DNA of 64,000 nucleotides from a virus: IMG/VR virus record IMGVR_UViG_3300045988_150343; one strand, written 5' to 3'. Made by a program: the position numbers and the translations under genes. Under the pieces are notes generated by a model that did not search any database, had not been told where the DNA came from, and saw only the letters and a program-made list of their open reading frames with translations. Of the stretch, positions 62,904-64,000 are shown one piece after another; the stretch's first letter is position 1, and every line of letters starts with the position of its first letter.

Positions 62904-63318
62904 CGGTAAGCTCAAAAGAGCCGTTCTGCTTAACGGCGTTGAAAATGGCCGCTACATATTCGTGCTTTTTGTCCAGCTTCGGCAACAGTGCCTCAAGGGG
63001 CATAATGTCGGCCACAGTTGCGCCGATAGTCTCGGCGACCTCGGACACAAGGAATTTGCCAACGAGCAGCGCGTCGCCGCTCTCCAGCGTGCGCCGCACC
63101 ATGTCGGCCACCGGTTCCAGCTTATAGCTGAATGTGCATACACCACGAAGCGACTGCTCACGTCGCCATTTGAAGCCTGTTGGGTTCTCCACTAACTCCA
63201 GATAGTCGCGGTCTTTGCTTCTGAAGCCCTCGCAGCCGTCGAAAAATGCCCGGCTGCCTACTAAAATTTTCTTATTCATCACTTTTATTTTTGCGTTTTC
63301 GCCCTTTTTTAAGGTCAT
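62842..63318 (-). CDS. possible minimal nucleotidyltransferase (MNT-like) protein
   Basis: 158 aa (or 145 aa from the ATG at 63279). 'ILVGSRAFFDGCEGFRSKDRDYLELV' fits the Pol-beta-superfamily signature hG[GS]-x9-13-Dh[DE]h. Confidence 0.5.
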   Translation of the reverse strand: MTLKKGENAKIKVMNKKILVGSRAFFDGCEGFRSKDRDYLELVENPTGFKWRREQSLRGVCTFSYKLEPVADMVRRTLESGDALLVGKFLVSEVAETIGATVADIMPLEALLPKLDKKHEYVAAIFNAVKQNGSFELTDEQRAAAYEIYKQAREKAKD

Positions 63319-63367
63319 TAGTTATTGCCTTGCGGTTCACTAGCGCTCTCGCCCCGGAACTGTTCAG

Positions 63368-63414
63368 GGTGTTTGCGCTTTATTGTTTTATTACTGCAAC
63401 ATTGCGCAAACACC
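63368..63414 (-). terminator. intergenic hairpin (terminator-like, no U-tract)
   Basis: 11-bp stem GGTGTTTGCGC (63368-63378) pairs with GCGCAAACACC (63404-63414), just downstream of the stop of the repeat protein. Confidence 0.4.
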
Positions 63415-63420
63415 TCTGTT

Positions 63421-64000
63421 TTACACCAGGTCTGCCGGCACCCAAATTTTTAGTACACCGGCCGTATTTTGCCCGACATATCGGCACACTGTCGACATTT
63501 CAGGAAGCCCCACCGTCAGCAGGTTTTTGCGGTCCTTGCCGCTCGTACCGTTCAATATATGAGCGTTCTGCACAAAGTGTTCAATGTCGATTCCGCCAGT
63601 CACATTCAGATATTTAACGCCCTCACCGGCCGTTAAATATTGCAAGTAGTTCCCGAACGTGTTATAATTGCAACTGTTCCCGAACGTGTTGCTGTTGCAG
63701 TCGTTCCCGAACGTGTTGTAATCGCAATTGTTCCCTAACGTGTTGTCGTCGCAACTGTTCCCGAACGTGTTGCCGTCGCAATTGTTCCCTAACGTGTTGC
63801 TGTAACACTCGTTCCCTAACGTGTTGCTGTTGCAGTCGTTCCCGAACGTGTTGTCGTCGCAACTGTTCCCGAACGTGTTATAATTGCAACTGTTCCCGAA
63901 CGTGTTATACCGGAAGTAGTTCCCGAACGTGTTGTCTTCGCAACCGTTCCCGAACGTGTTATAATTGCAACTGTTCCCGAACGTGTTGCTGTTGCAGTCG
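63421..64000 (-). CDS. nonapeptide-repeat protein, C-terminal part (N-terminus lies beyond the window)
   Basis: The frame of track ORF 63421..63645 stays open upstream to the window edge. It reads ..NTFGNSCNY NTFGNGCED NTFGNYFRY NTFGNSCNY NTFGNSCDD NTFGNDCNS NTLGNECYS NTLGNNCDG NTFGNSCDD NTLGNNCDY NTFGNDCNS NTFGNSCNY NTFGNYLQYLTAGEG.. The track only starts at an in-frame TTG because the repeats contain no start codon. Confidence 0.7.
   Translation of the reverse strand, partial: DCNSNTFGNSCNYNTFGNGCEDNTFGNYFRYNTFGNSCNYNTFGNSCDDNTFGNDCNSNTLGNECYSNTLGNNCDGNTFGNSCDDNTLGNNCDYNTFGNDCNSNTFGNSCNYNTFGNYLQYLTAGEGVKYLNVTGGIDIEHFVQNAHILNGTSGKDRKNLLTVGLPEMSTVCRYVGQNTAGVLKIWVPADLV
63649..64000. repeat. 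27-bp tandem repeat array (at least 13 copies), coding
   Basis: The + strand core GTTCCC[G/T]AACGTGTT recurs every 27 bp (starts at 63649, 63676, 63703 ... 63973), separated by variable 12-mers. The array is truncated by the window end. Confidence 0.9.

Noticed and set aside
63662-63862. Track ORF 63662..63862 (-) encoding 'MRRQHVRERLQQQHVRE...' repeats.
   Set aside because: This is an alternative frame of the same 27-bp repeat. The NTFGNxCxx frame is the one that continues in frame into the unique C-terminal sequence ending at 63421 and stays open to the window edge.
63649-64000. The regular conserved-core / variable-spacer pattern looks superficially like a CRISPR array.
   Set aside because: The period is only 27 bp (a 15-bp 'repeat' and a 12-bp 'spacer'), far below CRISPR dimensions. 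The core is not palindromic. The whole array is an open reading frame continuous with a non-repetitive C-terminal domain, and the period is a multiple of 3.
1-64000. Temperate lifestyle or prophage features (integrase, CI/Cro-type repressor, att sites).
   Set aside because: No ORF shows tyrosine- or serine-recombinase or repressor motifs. The GC-rich right end could still be a host junction, but no integrase or att-like direct repeat was seen, so a prophage call is not supported from this window.

Overview
About 62.3 kb of this window is a densely coding, contractile-tailed (myovirus-type) dsDNA phage genome. Nearly every gene is on the minus strand. The host is probably a member of Bacteroidota, because nine promoters match the Bacteroidota/Flavobacterium sigma-A consensus (TTTG-N19-20-TAnnTTTG). 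From left to right on the + strand the layout is as follows. (i) 0-18 kb holds small early genes of unknown function in short promoter-driven cassettes, interrupted by three ORF-free, G>C-skewed blocks. This region includes lysine-rich proteins and one extreme poly-Asp/Glu protein. (ii) 18-42 kb holds transcription factors (an HTH protein and a NusG/UpxY-like protein), recombination genes (Rad50/Mre11-like, RecA/UvsX-like, SSB, FEN), nucleotide metabolism genes (a thymidylate-synthase/hydroxymethylase-family enzyme, dUTPase, a MazG-like NTP-PPase, a P-loop kinase), an intein-containing family-A DNA polymerase, an SF2 helicase, a primase and a DnaB-like helicase. (iii) A single plus-strand, sigma-factor-like gene sits behind an early-type promoter at 42.5 kb. 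(iv) 43-62.3 kb holds the tail and baseplate module: fiber, gpI/J/W/V-like proteins, hub, LysM protein, tape measure, a chaperone with a -1 frameshift, tube, sheath and head-tail connector proteins. The last ~1.6 kb (62.4-64.0 kb) is abruptly GC-richer. It encodes unrelated-looking genes, including a protein built from 27-bp (nonapeptide NTFGNxCxx) tandem repeats that runs off the window edge. I found no capsid, portal, terminase, integrase, tRNA or CRISPR feature in the window. Every call comes from reading the sequence and ORF translations by eye. No searches were run, so family names are motif-level inferences, and all GC or skew statements are hand counts on short stretches.
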